A DNA stretch of 64,000 bases from NCBI GenBank assembly GCA_028826165.1, contig JAPDFW010000026.1, forward strand, positions 5,761-69,760, in the 5' to 3' direction. The first letter of the stretch is position 1. Every line of letters starts with the position of its first letter. This document shows positions 37,540 to 50,283 of the stretch, in pieces. The notes under the pieces were generated by a model. The model ran no database searches and was not told the DNA's origin. It worked only from the letters and a program-made list of their open reading frames with translations. A program made the position numbers and the translations under genes. The DNA comes from Anaeramoeba ignava BMAN (lineage: Eukaryota; Protista; Anaeramoebae).

Positions 37540-39860
37540 ATTTAAATCTTTATTTAATATTTTTATTATTAAATTTTTATTAAAATTTGATCAAATAAAA
37601 AATAATCAAAAAAAATTTTTTCAATTTTCTTCTTTTATTTTTTAATTAATTTTTAATAATATTTAATTTAGATTAATTTTAATTTTGATTTTTATTTTGA
37701 ATTTAATTTTTGTTTTGATTTTGATTTAATTATTTTAATTATTAAATTTTTATTAAAAATAATCAAAAATATTTAATTTAATTTTCTTCTTATTTTTTTA
37801 ATTTTTAATTATATTTAATTTTAATTTTATTTTAAATTAATAATTTTTTAAAAATCTTTAATTAATTATTTTAATTTAAATTTTTATTAAAATTAGATAA
37901 AATAAAAAATAATCCAAAAATATTTAATTTAGTTTTCTTCTTATTTTTTTAATTTTTAATATTTATTTAGATTTTTGATTTAAATTAATAATAATAAATA
38001 ATTTTTAAATCTTTAATTAATTATTTTTATTTAAATTTTTATTAAAAATTTGATAAAATAAAAATAATCCAAAAATATTTAATTTAATTTTCTTCTTATT
38101 TTTAATTAATTTTTAATAATATTTAATTTTTATTTTGATTTAAATTAATAATAATAAATAATTTTTAAATCTTTAATTAATTATTTTAATTTAAATTTTT
38201 ATTAAAAATTGATCAAATAAAAATAATCCAAAAATATTTTATTTAATTTTCTTCTTATTTTTAATTAATTTTTAATAATATTTAATTTTAATTTTGATTT
38301 AAATTAATAATAATTTTTAAATCTTTATTTAAATATTTTTATTTAAATTTTTATTAAAATAGATCAAATAAAAATAATCCAAAAATATTTTATTTAATTT
38401 TCTTCTTATTTTTAATTAATTTTTAATAATATTTAATTTTAATTTTGATTTAAATTAATAATAATAAATAATTTTTAAATCTTTATTTAATTATTTTTAT
38501 TTAAATTTTTATTAAAAATAGATCAAATAAAAATAATTCAAAAATATTTTATTTAATTTTCTTCTTATTTTTAATTAATTTTTAATAATATTTAATTTTT
38601 ATTTTGATTTAAATTAATAATAATAAATAATTTTTAAATCTTTAATTAATTATTTTATTTTAAATTTTTATTAAAATTAGATCAAATAAAAAATAATCCA
38701 AAAAATATTTTATTTAATTTTCTTCTTATTTTTAATTAATTTTTAATTATATTTAATTTTTATTTTGATTTAAATAATTTTTAAATCTTTATTTAAATAT
38801 TTTTAATTTAAATTTTTATTAAAATAGATCAAATAAAAATAATCCAAAAATATTTAATTTAATTTTTTTTCTTATTTTTTTAATTTTTTAATAATATTTA
38901 ATTTAGATTTTTAATTTTGATTTAAATTAATAATACATAATTTTTAAATCTTTAATTAATTATTTTATTTTAAATTTTTATTAAAATTAGATCAAATAAA
39001 AAATAATTCAAAAATATTTTATTTAATTTTCTTCTTATTTTTAATTAATTTTTAATTATATTTAATTTAGATTAATTTTGATTTTGATTTAAATTAATAA
39101 TAATAAATAATTTTTAAATCTTTAATTAAATATTTTAATTTAAATTTTTATTAAAATTAGATCAAAATAAAAAATAATCCAAAAATATTTTATTTAATTT
39201 TCTTCTTATTTTTAATTAATTTTTAATTATATTTAATTTTAATTTTGATTTAAATTAATAATAATAAATAATTTTTAAATCTTTAATTAAATATTTTTAT
39301 TTTAAATTTTTTATTAAAAATAGATCAAATAAAAAATAATCCAAAAAATATCTTATTTAATTTTCTTCTTATTTTTAATTAATTTTTAATAATATTTAAT
39401 TTAGATTTAATTTTAATTTTGATTTAAATTAATAATAATAAATAATTTTTAAATCTTTAATTTAAATATTTTAATTTAAATTTTTATTAAAAATTGATCA
39501 AATAAAAATAATCCAAAAAATATCTTATTTAATTTTCTTCTTATTTTTAATTAATTTTTAATAATATTTAATTTTAGATTTTGTTTTAAATTAATAATAA
39601 TAAATAATTTTTAAATCTTTAATTAATTATTTTAATTTAAATTTTTTATTAAAAATAGATTAAATAAAAAATAATCCAAAAAATATTTAATTTAATTTTC
39701 TTCTTATTTTTTAATTAATTCTTAATTATATTTAATTTTGATTTTGATTTAAATTAATAATAATAAATAATTTTTAAATCTTTAATTAAATATTTTAATT
39801 TAAATTTTTTTTAAAATTCTGATAAAATTCTGTTTTAAAAATAATTCAAAAATATCTTTT
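37540..39860. repeat. Tandem satellite, ~150-175-bp unit (about 160), ~14 copies
   Basis: Anchor AAATCTTTA recurs at about 37852, 38007, 38167, 38319, 38476, 38636, 38783, 38946, 39116, 39276, 39451, 39612, 39775; unit contains GATCAAATAAAAATAATCCAAAAATATT and TTTTCTTCTTATTTTT. Confidence 0.92.
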
Positions 39861-39898
39861 TTAATTTTCTGTTTTATTATTTTTAGTTTTAAATTTTT

Positions 39899-40011
39899 GT
39901 TTTAAATTGATTTTGTTTTAAATTGATTCTGTTTTAAATTGATTCTGTTTTAAATTGATTTTGTTTTAAATTGATTCTGTTTTAAATTGATTCTGTTTTA
40001 AATTGATTTTG
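39899..40011. repeat. 16-bp tandem repeat (GTTTTAAATTGATTYT) x7
   Basis: Directly visible just past the stop of the 40016 gene. Confidence 0.85.
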
Positions 40012-40015
40012 CTTT

Positions 40016-40595
40016 TCAATCTTGCTTCTGCTTTGAATGCTCTAGTCTAAAAGCTCGACTATAAAAATAACTCCAAATAAAAACAAGAACCAAATAACCA
40101 GCAATAACAACCCATAAAACCCAAAACCAAGAAAGTTGATGATTTGATAAATTTTCCATAAAAATAATTTGGAATAAAACCAAAAGAAACAAAAGGAGAA
40201 TTAAATGAAAAACTTCGAAATACTTAATCGCTTTTTCAATAGTTTTTTGCTTTCTTTCTTCAGAAAACCAATATTCTTTATTAGGAACTTTAAACCTTCC
40301 TCTTTGAAAAAGAAATGAAGTCAAAAACTTGAAAAGAACAAAAATTGCAATAGAAACAATTAAATAAGATCCAATTAATAATTTTTTACTTGATATCCAA
40401 TCTGGTTCGAGCTGTAAAAATTAAAAAAAAAAAGCAAAAAAATTTTAAATTAATTTGAATTTTGCTTTTTTTTTTTTTTTTTAATACTTTAAAATTATAA
40501 TGAACTGCAACTTGATCTGGTAAAACATAAAAATAATATAAAGATTGTAAAATTGAGAGAAAAAATAGAAACAAAATTAAAATAGATAAAATCAT
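40016..40595 (-). CDS. DUF1648-family small membrane protein (167 aa, 2 exons), bacterial-type
   Basis: Exon 40595-40488, intron 40487-40412, exon 40411-40016 give YYFYVLPDQVAVHYNFK|LEPDWISSK...KVPNKEYWFSEERK. LPxxxxxH...PD.W and PNKEYW match bacterial DUF1648 proteins from memory. Confidence 0.75.
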
Positions 40596-40672
40596 TTTGG
40601 GAAAAATTTTTGAAAAAAAAAAAAAATGAAAAAAAAAATAATTTTAAATTCATTTTTTTTTTAAAAAAGAAA
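40596..40672. promoter_or_regulatory. 77-bp bidirectional promoter with one Inr-like TCATTT per strand
   Basis: Divergent ATGs at 40595 (-) and 40673 (+); AAATGAA at ~40624-40630 and TTCATTTT at ~40649-40656. Confidence 0.55.
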
Positions 40673-43600
40673 ATGAATGAAGATAATCTAAATTGGATAG
40701 AAAATCTTACACAAAAAAAATTAAATCTTAATTTTGATATGAATGAACTCTCTCAAGTTTTAGTTGAATTGATGAAAATAATTGAAGAAAATCAAGGAAT
40801 GTAAATAAATTAAGAAAAAAAAATTTATAATGAAAAAATAAATTCATTTTTTTTCTCAATTTCTTTTTTTCAGTTTAAATCCTCTTCCTTTTAATGAAAA
40901 TAAAAAAAGTGCATTGGAAAACTTTAACTGGATAATCAAAATTTCGAAAAATTTAGGAATTCTTGAAAAATCTTGTTTTGATCCAGAAGAAGTTATTGAA
41001 AATCAAAATTTTCAATTGATCAATAAATTTGTTTCCAAAATGAAAAAAATTTACGAAATCAAAAATTCGCTTGAAAAAATCAATTTCCTGAATTTTTATT
41101 CTCATTTGATAAAAACGGAAGAAACCATTTCACAAGCAATTCTTGTTGTGACTGATTTATTTGAAGGAAGCATGAGCATTGATTGCTATTATTTCCCAGA
41201 AACTCTTTCAAAATTATCTGAATTTGCTTATTTTCAACGAAAAATATTGGAAATCATTTCAAAAAAACTGAAGAATCAAGTTCTCCTCTTTTTAGAATCA
41301 GAAATCAACAAAAAACAAACTTGTATTTTTACTTCTGAAATGGGATATTTTCGCGATTCGAAAAAAATATCAAAAATTATCAAGAATTATTATGAAGAAT
41401 ATAAAGAATATAAAGAGATCGATAAAGAAAAACCTGTTTCTTTATCGGAAATACTCGTTTCCAAGAAATTGAAAAAAGGGAAATATATATACGAGGCTTT
41501 AGCTGGAAATTTACCTGTTTTGGATCAAAAGGAGTTTGATGTTATTGTTCAACAGAAAGTTCAAGACCAGTTGCAAATAGAGAATCAAAAGATATCTTTT
41601 GATTCCAAAAATATTCGGATATTTTCCAAAAATTCCGAAATACAAAAAAAGATTTCGAATTTAGATGTAAAATTTAAATTATCCAAAAAAACAATTTTTT
41701 TAAATTGAAAAAAAAAAAAAAACTTTGATTTAGATTGTGGAATATATCGAAGATACTCATTTTCTACAGATCAGGTTTCTAAATCAAGAAGCACCTTTGG
41801 AAATCAAATTTGAATTCGAAATACTGGGGATGCTTGTTAAAAAAATGATTGTATATTTAAAGGAAAGACAGAAAACAGTTGGAAAAATAAAATCAAAGGA
41901 ATTTGAATCATTGAGGAAATATCTGCATCAAGATGATTTGACGAATAAAAACGACTGGATGGGCAACAAGGAAGAAAACACGAAAAAAGACGAAGAGAGG
42001 AAGATGGAACAAGTAGGAATAGAAGAAGAATACAAGCAAAAAATGCTTTTGGAAAAGAAGCAAGAGAATATTTGCAAGGGAGAATTGAAGATTCGAAACA
42101 ATTTCGCAGGAGGAAAAGCAGAATTCAAAGACGTAGGAATCGAGCGTGATCAATACATATCGAAATGCTCGATTGAATTATTCTCGTATTTCTTCACAAT
42201 CGAGAATTGGGATGGTGAAAAATCAGTGTATCGTTATGATCAAAAAGATTTCGAAATTGATCTTGATCAAAATGAGATCCAAAAAATAGTGATCAAAGAA
42301 GACGGTAAGGTGATACTTAAAATTGTGTTCAGCAGCGGAGCAGAGAAGACAATTTTTTGGAAGACATACTTATTGTTCAAAAAATATCCAGGTCGTTTTG
42401 TGGAATCGTGGGATATTTGTGGGGAAATAATCGACGAAAATCAAGAATATCAAATACTTGCGTTTCGGTGCTGGATCAACACGGAGGCAAGCTTCCAGAT
42501 CCGAGTGATGGATCCGTATATGCAAGCGGTGCCTGCAGTTCTTCGGTTGAGCAAGTCGCATCTGGGGATCTTTGTCCGTGATACACAACCGGACATCTTG
42601 AAATGGACTGATTTCTCAATGGAAATCAATACTCAACCAAAAGACACAAAATTACTTGAGGTTGTTCTCAAAAAGATTGAGAATTCACTCTCCTATTTTT
42701 TCGTCTGTGAATCAAAGTCTCAGCAAAACTTAATCTTGCACTGCTTGCGGACGTTTTACGATTTCCAAGTGATGATCCGCAAAAAAAATAAAAACACAAA
42801 AGAACTTCCAATTGTGGATGAAGATGTTGAGGAAATTGTTGTCAACGAAATGCAAAAAACCGCCGCGATGAATAACTCTAAATGGAGCTCTGAAGGCACT
42901 TTTCCGTGCTCAAAATATCATTATCCGGTGATTCTCAGAAAGGATCTTAAGCAGGAGATCCAAATCTATTCACCGTTATTTACAAAGACAGTTGAACAAA
43001 CACAACGATATGAATCAAAACATATTTTAACCGCCACAAGCTATTTGTATGTGCCCTACTACGAGCAGCAGAAAAATCCCACTTTGAAAACTCGTGTTAT
43101 GGACCAAATCGTGGTTCGAATTTTGGACTCCCATTTGCAAATCGTGTCAATGGGGAAAATTGTTTTATTTGACACACATTTTTCGTTGGAATTCGGGCCA
43201 ACAATCATCTTGCGCTTCTACAGCTTCTATTCCAAGGCAATCATCGATAAGCTCAATCCTCTTCAGTGCAAATTCTGTGTAGATGAGATCGATTACATCA
43301 ACATCTCGTTTCCTTCTCAAGAACTTGCGCGTTTATTCCACAAGAAATTTCAACTTTTCCGGAATTTGTATTTGATTCAAGACTCAAACATGCAAATCAC
43401 ACACAAATTCCCATGTGTCTTCATCACCAAGGAGGAAAAATATCCAGGCTCAATCAAGCTTAAATGCGACCGAATCAAGATTGACTCGGATGTGGATCAT
43501 CTTGTGCTGGAATACTCGCTTAGCAACGAAGCGGTTGTTTTCCAGTCACAAGAAAATTCAATTGATCTCAAGTTATCAGAGTTAACATCGTTGCTTCTCC

Positions 43601-46389
43601 GTTTCCCCGACACTACAACTATGAACCAGTTCACAAGATCCTTTGAGGAGCTCAAACTCAGGTATTTCTCATACTCAATCGGACAGCAATTCTTCAGATT
43701 CTCTCTTGTTCTTGAAGAAATCGCAAAATTCTCATCTTCTGAACTCTGTGACTTCATTCTCACAAAGCAAAGAGTCACCATCTTCCACAGAAACAATACT
43801 GTCGAGACTTACAAACTCGCCGATTGTTTCATCTACGATATCCCCAAAAACAATGAATGCAAAATGCAGCTTTTCCACTCCAAATTCGTAATTCTTTCTT
43901 TTCCCGACAACTCCACAAAAACAGAATTCATTGAAAAATCAATTGATTTCGGACTCGAAGCCTTTTTCGAGAACTCCTCTTGGAATTTCGCCATTTTCCT
44001 TCACGAAAAGGGACCCAACTCAACATCCAAAAAGGGTTTACTTTATCTGAAAGAAGATTCAATCGTTATTGTGGATGACTCCTCAAAATATCAAAACTCA
44101 ATCACCGAGACTGAGATCCTCACTCATCCAAAACACAATCTACTTTTGCAAATATCCTTCATCGATCAGCGAAGTTTTGTTGTATCGTTTGAAGACGAAG
44201 CGAGAAAACAGCTTTTCATCAACAACTTCAGGAAAGTCAACCTCAACATCCTTCACAAGCACCAAAAAAAAGAGGGTTATGAATCTGATGCTGATGAATC
44301 TGATCCAAAATCACCTCAACAAGACCCTCAACTTCCATCCAGTTTCCTCATCCTCATCTGCGATCAAGATTCACACCCTTCCAAAACAGCATCTCTTTCT
44401 CTCACTCCCTCAGGAATATTAATATCCTCTTCTTCTTTTCATGTTTTCTCAACATACAATCACTTCGCAATTAAAACACACTCAAAGAAAAAAGACTTGA
44501 TCCGCCTAGAATTCCCAGATACATCCTCCTTAACAATAAAATTCCCCGATAATCTCATCGTTGACAATTTTTTCCTCAATTTCAATCTTTTCAGCAAGAA
44601 TCAAAATTTAAATAATCAAAATCTACAAAATCAAAATTTAAATAATCAAAATTTACAAAATCAAAATTTACATAATCAAAATTTACAAAATCAAAATTTA
44701 AATAATCAAAATTTAAATAATCAAAATTTAAATAATCAAAATTTAAATAATCAAAATTTACAAAATCAAAATTTACAAAATCAAAATTTACAAAATCAAA
44801 ATTTACAAAATCAAAATTTAAATAATCAAAATTTAAATAATCAAAATCTACAAAATCAAAATTTAAATAATCAAAATTTAAATAATCAAAATTTACAAAA
44901 TCAAAATTTAAATAATCAAAATTTACAGAATCAAAATTTACAAAATCAAAATTTAAATAATCAAAATTCACAGAATCAAAATTTAAATAATCAAAATCTA
45001 AATAATCAAAATTTAAATAATCAAAATTTAAATAATCAAAATTTACATAATCAAAATCCCTATTTGTTAAACATTAAAAAATTCAAAGTGATTCTCAACG
45101 GAAAATTTGAGCAATTATCGGATTTCCAGAATCAACAAGCTAAAATCATCTTTTTTCAAGACAATCTATTTAAATTCGAAACAAAATCAACAGAAATAAA
45201 ATTAACAAAATCAAAGATATTCATTGACAATCAGCAAATTATTAATTTGCAAAACTCTCTCGAAAACGAAAAAAATATCCATTTCGAAACAAAAGAAATG
45301 AAAGTGGATATTTCATTCAATTCAAAAGAAGAAAAAATCCAATTCATGCAATTATCACAGAAAGCTGAATCCAAAACTAACATCCAAAAAAATTCTGAGA
45401 TTGAGAACCTGTTTTTCAATGTTTTCATCCAGGAAAGCCAAACTACCACTAAAAAACAAGCTGAAATCAAACTTACAAAAAACAAAATCATCGTTTCTTA
45501 TCAAAATTCAAATCAGACAACATTTTCACTTGCAAATATTTCCCAATTCTTTTTAGACCCAAAACACGAATCTCTAATCAGACTCCAATTCAGAGATTCA
45601 TCAACACTTGGCATCCATATGAAAAGCAAAGAAGAAAGATCCATTTTTTATGCGCATTTCCAAACAATCGCAAATCAAATCCAACAAAACCCAAATCAAC
45701 CAATCAAACTTCTCCAAAATAAAAAATACAACATTAAAATCCTTAAAGGATTTTTCCATTCAAATATTTCTGCCAGAATGTGGATCGACTCAAATGAACT
45801 GAAATTAGATTTGAATCCCAAGTTGATGAGTTTCCAAATTTTCCCAACAAAAACAAGGATATTCAGCGATCCAAAAAATGCCAAAAAAGCATCAATTTCA
45901 TCAACAAATCGCAAAAAAACCCAAATCACATTTGAATCTGAAAAAGAAAAAATTGAATTTATTGAGTTATTGAATTTCTCAATTAAATGTCTTCGCAATT
46001 TCCAAAAGGAATCAAGACCAAAAAGAAAAATCATACAAAACAGCAATTTACAAAACAAAAATGAAAGGAGTTCGGAATCTTTTTCATCTTCAATAATAAT
46101 AGATCAATCTGAAAATACTTTTGTTTTCAACGTTCAAATTTTGCATGATCAATTTACCTTTTCAGATGGTGAACTAATTTTGAATCCAAAATATATTTCG
46201 TTAAAAGATGAAAGAGCTCAAAAAATTTCAGATAATCTTTCTGATTGTTCTGTTACTTTTGATCCTGACAAAAATATTATTGCATATATTCATTTCAAAA
46301 CAGAAAAAAAGAAAATTGGATTTCGTGATGAATCTTTAAAAATGAAATTCCAAAAAAAATGGGATGAATTTATTAAAATAAAAAATTAA
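40673..46389 (+). CDS. ~1858-aa protein: N-terminal calponin-homology-like domain plus many PH-like repeats
   Basis: Exons 40673-40800, 40874-41666, 41734-46389 (5577 nt in frame). N-terminus WIENL...VLVELMKII...ALENFNWII...LGI...FDPEEVIENQNFQLI is CH-like; recurring 'I.F.S..E...F...F' helix-ending modules are PH-like. Confidence 0.75.
44598..45058 (+). repeat. 15-bp coding repeat (NQNLN/NQNLQ) ~30 copies
   Basis: AATCAAAATTTA(AAT/CAA/CAT) tandem, in frame in ORF 41737. Confidence 0.9.
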
Positions 46390-46422
46390 AAATTATTTTT
46401 TCATTTTTTTTCTTTTTCAAAA

Positions 46423-48207
46423 ATGAATGAAATTTTATTTTTTGGTTTAAATAAATATCCAACTCTTTTCAAAAACAAATCAATTACAATAGCAAAACCA
46501 ATTCAATTTAAATTTGAAAATGAAAATGAGAATGAAAATGAAAATGAAAAACAAATTAAACAAATTTCATCAAGTGTTTATTCAACAATTTTCCTTTTTG
46601 AAAATGGAAAAGCAATAGAATATTTAAATGAAAATGATTCAAATCAAAATATTGAAAAAATCCAAATTGAAGAAAATGTTCAAAAAGTAACTGTTGGATC
46701 TGAAAATGAAACTATTTTAACAATAGAAGGAAATGTATTTGCAAAAGGAAATAATATTAATTCAAATGATCCAAATGAATTTATCAATATTTCATCATTA
46801 ATTGAAGATACAAATGATAGAATAATTCAAGATATTGTTTCTGGAGCTCAATCAATTTATTTATTAACTTCAAATCAAAATGCTTATGGATTTGGTTCAA
46901 ATGAATATGGTCAACTTGGTTTTGATTCTAAAACACTTAAAGAAACAAAAAAACCAATTTTAATGATGAAAAATGTTTCTAAAATATTTTCAGGAAATTC
47001 TTCTTATTATGTTTTTCTTTTAAATTCAAATCAAGAATTATTTGGATGTGGCTATAATGAGTATTATCAACTTGGATTAGGAGAATCAAGAAAAGAAACA
47101 AAAATCCATAAATTAACCAAAATCCAAAATATTCCAAAAGGCGAAATAATTGATATTCAAACTGGGAATTCCCATTCAATAATGTTGATTGAAAATGAAA
47201 ATGAAAATCCAAAAAGAAAACTTTATTCATGTGGATTTTATCAATATAATGGACTTGGCAAAAAAGGAAATACTTATGAATTTACTGAAATCAAATCATC
47301 TTTATTTGAAAATGATGATATTATTCTTCAATTTTTTGTTGGAGGTTACCATACTTTGATTTTAACTTCTAATTCAAAATTAATTGGATTTGGAGATAAT
47401 TTTTATGGTGAATTAGGAACTGGAGATACGAAATATCAATTAATTCCAATTCAAATTAAACTTCCTAAATTAAGATTTAATGAAAATATTTCTAATTATC
47501 GTTTTTCTTGTGGATATTTTAATTCATTTCTTTATTATTCTCTTTCTCCTTTTTCCAATCTTGAAGAAGATTTGATAAAACTATTTAGAAGAAAAGAATT
47601 TTGCAATATTTCATTTAAAACCAAAAATGAAGAAATAATCAAAGCTCATAAATTAATATTGAAATATAGATTAAATCAAAATGAAAATCAAATTGAAAAA
47701 CTTAAAGAAATTATTTCAAAAAAATCAATTAAAGAATCAAATCAAATATTTGAAATGATTTATTCAAATAATTCCAAAATAAATCCAAAATTATATTTTG
47801 AAATTAAAGAAATTATAAATTCAAATGAAAAAATTGAAGAAACAATGAAAAGAATTTATTTAAATGAAAATGAAAATGAAAATGAAAAAGATTTTATAAT
47901 TGAAAGAAAAGAAAAACAATATAAATTTCCTAAACTAATATTAGTAATGAGAAGTGAATTATATAGAGGAATGTTTTTATCTGTAACAGAAGATACTTCT
48001 AATAAAGTTACAGATTATAGTGAATTAAGTAATAAATCATTTCAAATATTTGAATATTGGATTTATTCAAATCAAATTAAAGATGAAATTCAAATTACAC
48101 AAGAAATCATTAATGAAATTCAAATAGGAATTGATTATTTTCAATTAAATCAAACAAATCCAAATTTAATTGATTTATTAATTAACAAATTTAATAATCA
48201 AAATTAA
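46423..48207 (+). CDS. RCC1-repeat beta-propeller + tandem BTB protein, copy 1
   Basis: GSNEYGQLG, GDNFYGELGTG, VGGYHTLIL; AHKLILKYR; RSELYRGMF...WIYS. Confidence 0.92.
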   Translation: MNEILFFGLNKYPTLFKNKSITIAKPIQFKFENENENENENEKQIKQISSSVYSTIFLFENGKAIEYLNENDSNQNIEKIQIEENVQKVTVGSENETILTIEGNVFAKGNNINSNDPNEFINISSLIEDTNDRIIQDIVSGAQSIYLLTSNQNAYGFGSNEYGQLGFDSKTLKETKKPILMMKNVSKIFSGNSSYYVFLLNSNQELFGCGYNEYYQLGLGESRKETKIHKLTKIQNIPKGEIIDIQTGNSHSIMLIENENENPKRKLYSCGFYQYNGLGKKGNTYEFTEIKSSLFENDDIILQFFVGGYHTLILTSNSKLIGFGDNFYGELGTGDTKYQLIPIQIKLPKLRFNENISNYRFSCGYFNSFLYYSLSPFSNLEEDLIKLFRRKEFCNISFKTKNEEIIKAHKLILKYRLNQNENQIEKLKEIISKKSIKESNQIFEMIYSNNSKINPKLYFEIKEIINSNEKIEETMKRIYLNENENENEKDFIIERKEKQYKFPKLILVMRSELYRGMFLSVTEDTSNKVTDYSELSNKSFQIFEYWIYSNQIKDEIQITQEIINEIQIGIDYFQLNQTNPNLIDLLINKFNNQN

Positions 48208-48314
48208 AATTAAAATTAAAATTAATTTAAAAATTAAAATTAAAATTAAAATTAAAATTAAAATTAAAATTAAAAATTAATTTTTCATTTTTTCCATTTT
48301 TTTTCTTTTCAAAA

Positions 48315-50083
48315 ATGAATGATTGTTTATTTTTTGGTTTAAATGAAAATCCAAAACTTTTCAAAAATGAACCAAATAAAATAACAAAACCAATTCAATT
48401 TAAATTTAAATTTGAAAATGAAAATGAAAATGAAAAACAAATTAAACAAATTTCATCAAGTGTTTATTCAACAATTTTCCTTTTTGAAAATGGAAAAGCA
48501 ATAGAATACTTAAATGAAAATGATTCAAATCAAAATATTGAAAAAATCCAAATTGAAGAAAATATTCAAAAAGTATCTGTTAATATTCAAAATGTAGTTA
48601 TTTTAACAAAGAAGGAAATGTATTTACCAAAAAAAATATTAATCCAAATAATCCAAATGAATTTATCAATATTTCATCATTAATTGAAGATACAAATGAT
48701 AGAATAATTCAAGATATTGTTTCTGGATCTAAATCAATTTACTTATTAACTTCAAATAATATAGTTTATGGAATTGGTTCAAATGGTTATGATCAACTTG
48801 GTTTTGATCCTAATACATCTTATAAAGCAGAAAAACCAATTTTAATGATGAAAAGCGTTTCTAAAATATTTTCAGGAAATTCTTCAAATCATGTTTTTCT
48901 TTTAAATTCAAACCAAGAATTATTTGGATGCGGATATAATAATAGTCAACTTGGATTAGGAGAATCAAGAAAAGAAGAAACAAAAATCCAAAAATTAACC
49001 AAAATCCAAAATATTCCAAAAGGCGAAATAATTGATATTCAATGCGGATTGCTTTATTCAATAATGTTGATTGAAAATGAAAATGAAAATTCAAAAAGAA
49101 AATTTTATTCATGTGGGAAATATCTTTTTATTGGACTTGGCCAAAATAAAAATACTTATGAATTTACTGAAATCAAATCATCTTTATTTGAAAATGATGA
49201 TTATATTCTTGATTTTTCTGTTGGATGGTTTCATACTTTGATTATAACTTCCAAAGGGAAAATGATTGGATTTGGAGGTAATTATCATGGAGAATTAGGA
49301 ATTGAAGATACAAATAGTCAATTAATTCCTATTCAAATTAAACTTCCTAAATTAAGATTTAATGAAAATATTTCCAATTATCATGTTTCTTGTGGAACTC
49401 ACAGATCATTTCTTTATTATTCTCCTTCTTCTTTTTCCAATCTTGAAGAAGATTTGATAAAACTATTTAGAAGAAAAGAATTTTGTGATATTTCATTTAA
49501 AACAGAAAATGGAGAAATAATCAAAGCTCATAAATTAATATTAAAATATAGATTAAATCAAAATCAAAATCAAATTGAAAAACTTAAAGAAATTATTTCA
49601 AAAAAATCAATTAAAGAATCAAATCAAATATTTGAAATGATTTATTCAAATAATTCCAAAATAAATCCAATTTTATATTCTGAAATTAAAGAAATTATAA
49701 ATTCAAATGAAAAAATTGAAGAAACAATGAAAAGAATTTATTTAAATGAAAATGAAAATGAAAAAGATTTTATAATTGAAAGAAAAGAAAAACAATATAA
49801 ATTTCCAAAATTAATATTAATAATGAGAAGTGAATTATATCGAGGAATGTTTTTATCTGTAACAGAAGATACTTCTAATAAAGTTACAGATTATAGTGAA
49901 TTAAGTAATAAATCATTTCAAATATTAGAATATTGGATTTATTCAAATCAAATTAAAGATGAAATTCAAATTACACAAGAAATAATTGATGAATTAGAAA
50001 GGGGAATTGATTATTTTCAATTAAATGAAACAAATCTAAATTTATTTGATTTATTAATTAACAAATTTAATAATCAAAATTAA
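48315..50083 (+). pseudogene. RCC1-BTB copy 2 with a single -1 frameshift at ~48608-48610 (pseudogene or consensus error)
   Basis: TTAACAAAGAAGGA here versus TTAACAAAAGAAGGA in copy 3; restoring one A joins ORFs 48315 and 48845. Confidence 0.7.
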
Positions 50084-50283
50084 AATTAAAATTAAAATTT
50101 AAATTAAAATTAAAATTAAAATTAAAATTAAAATTAAAATTAAATTCAAAATTAAAATTAAAATTAAAATTAAAATTATAATTAAAATTAAAATTAAAAT
50201 CAAAATTAAAATTAAAATCAAAATTAAAATTAAAATTAAAATTAAAATTCCAAAATTATTTTTTCATTTTTTTCTTTTCAAAA

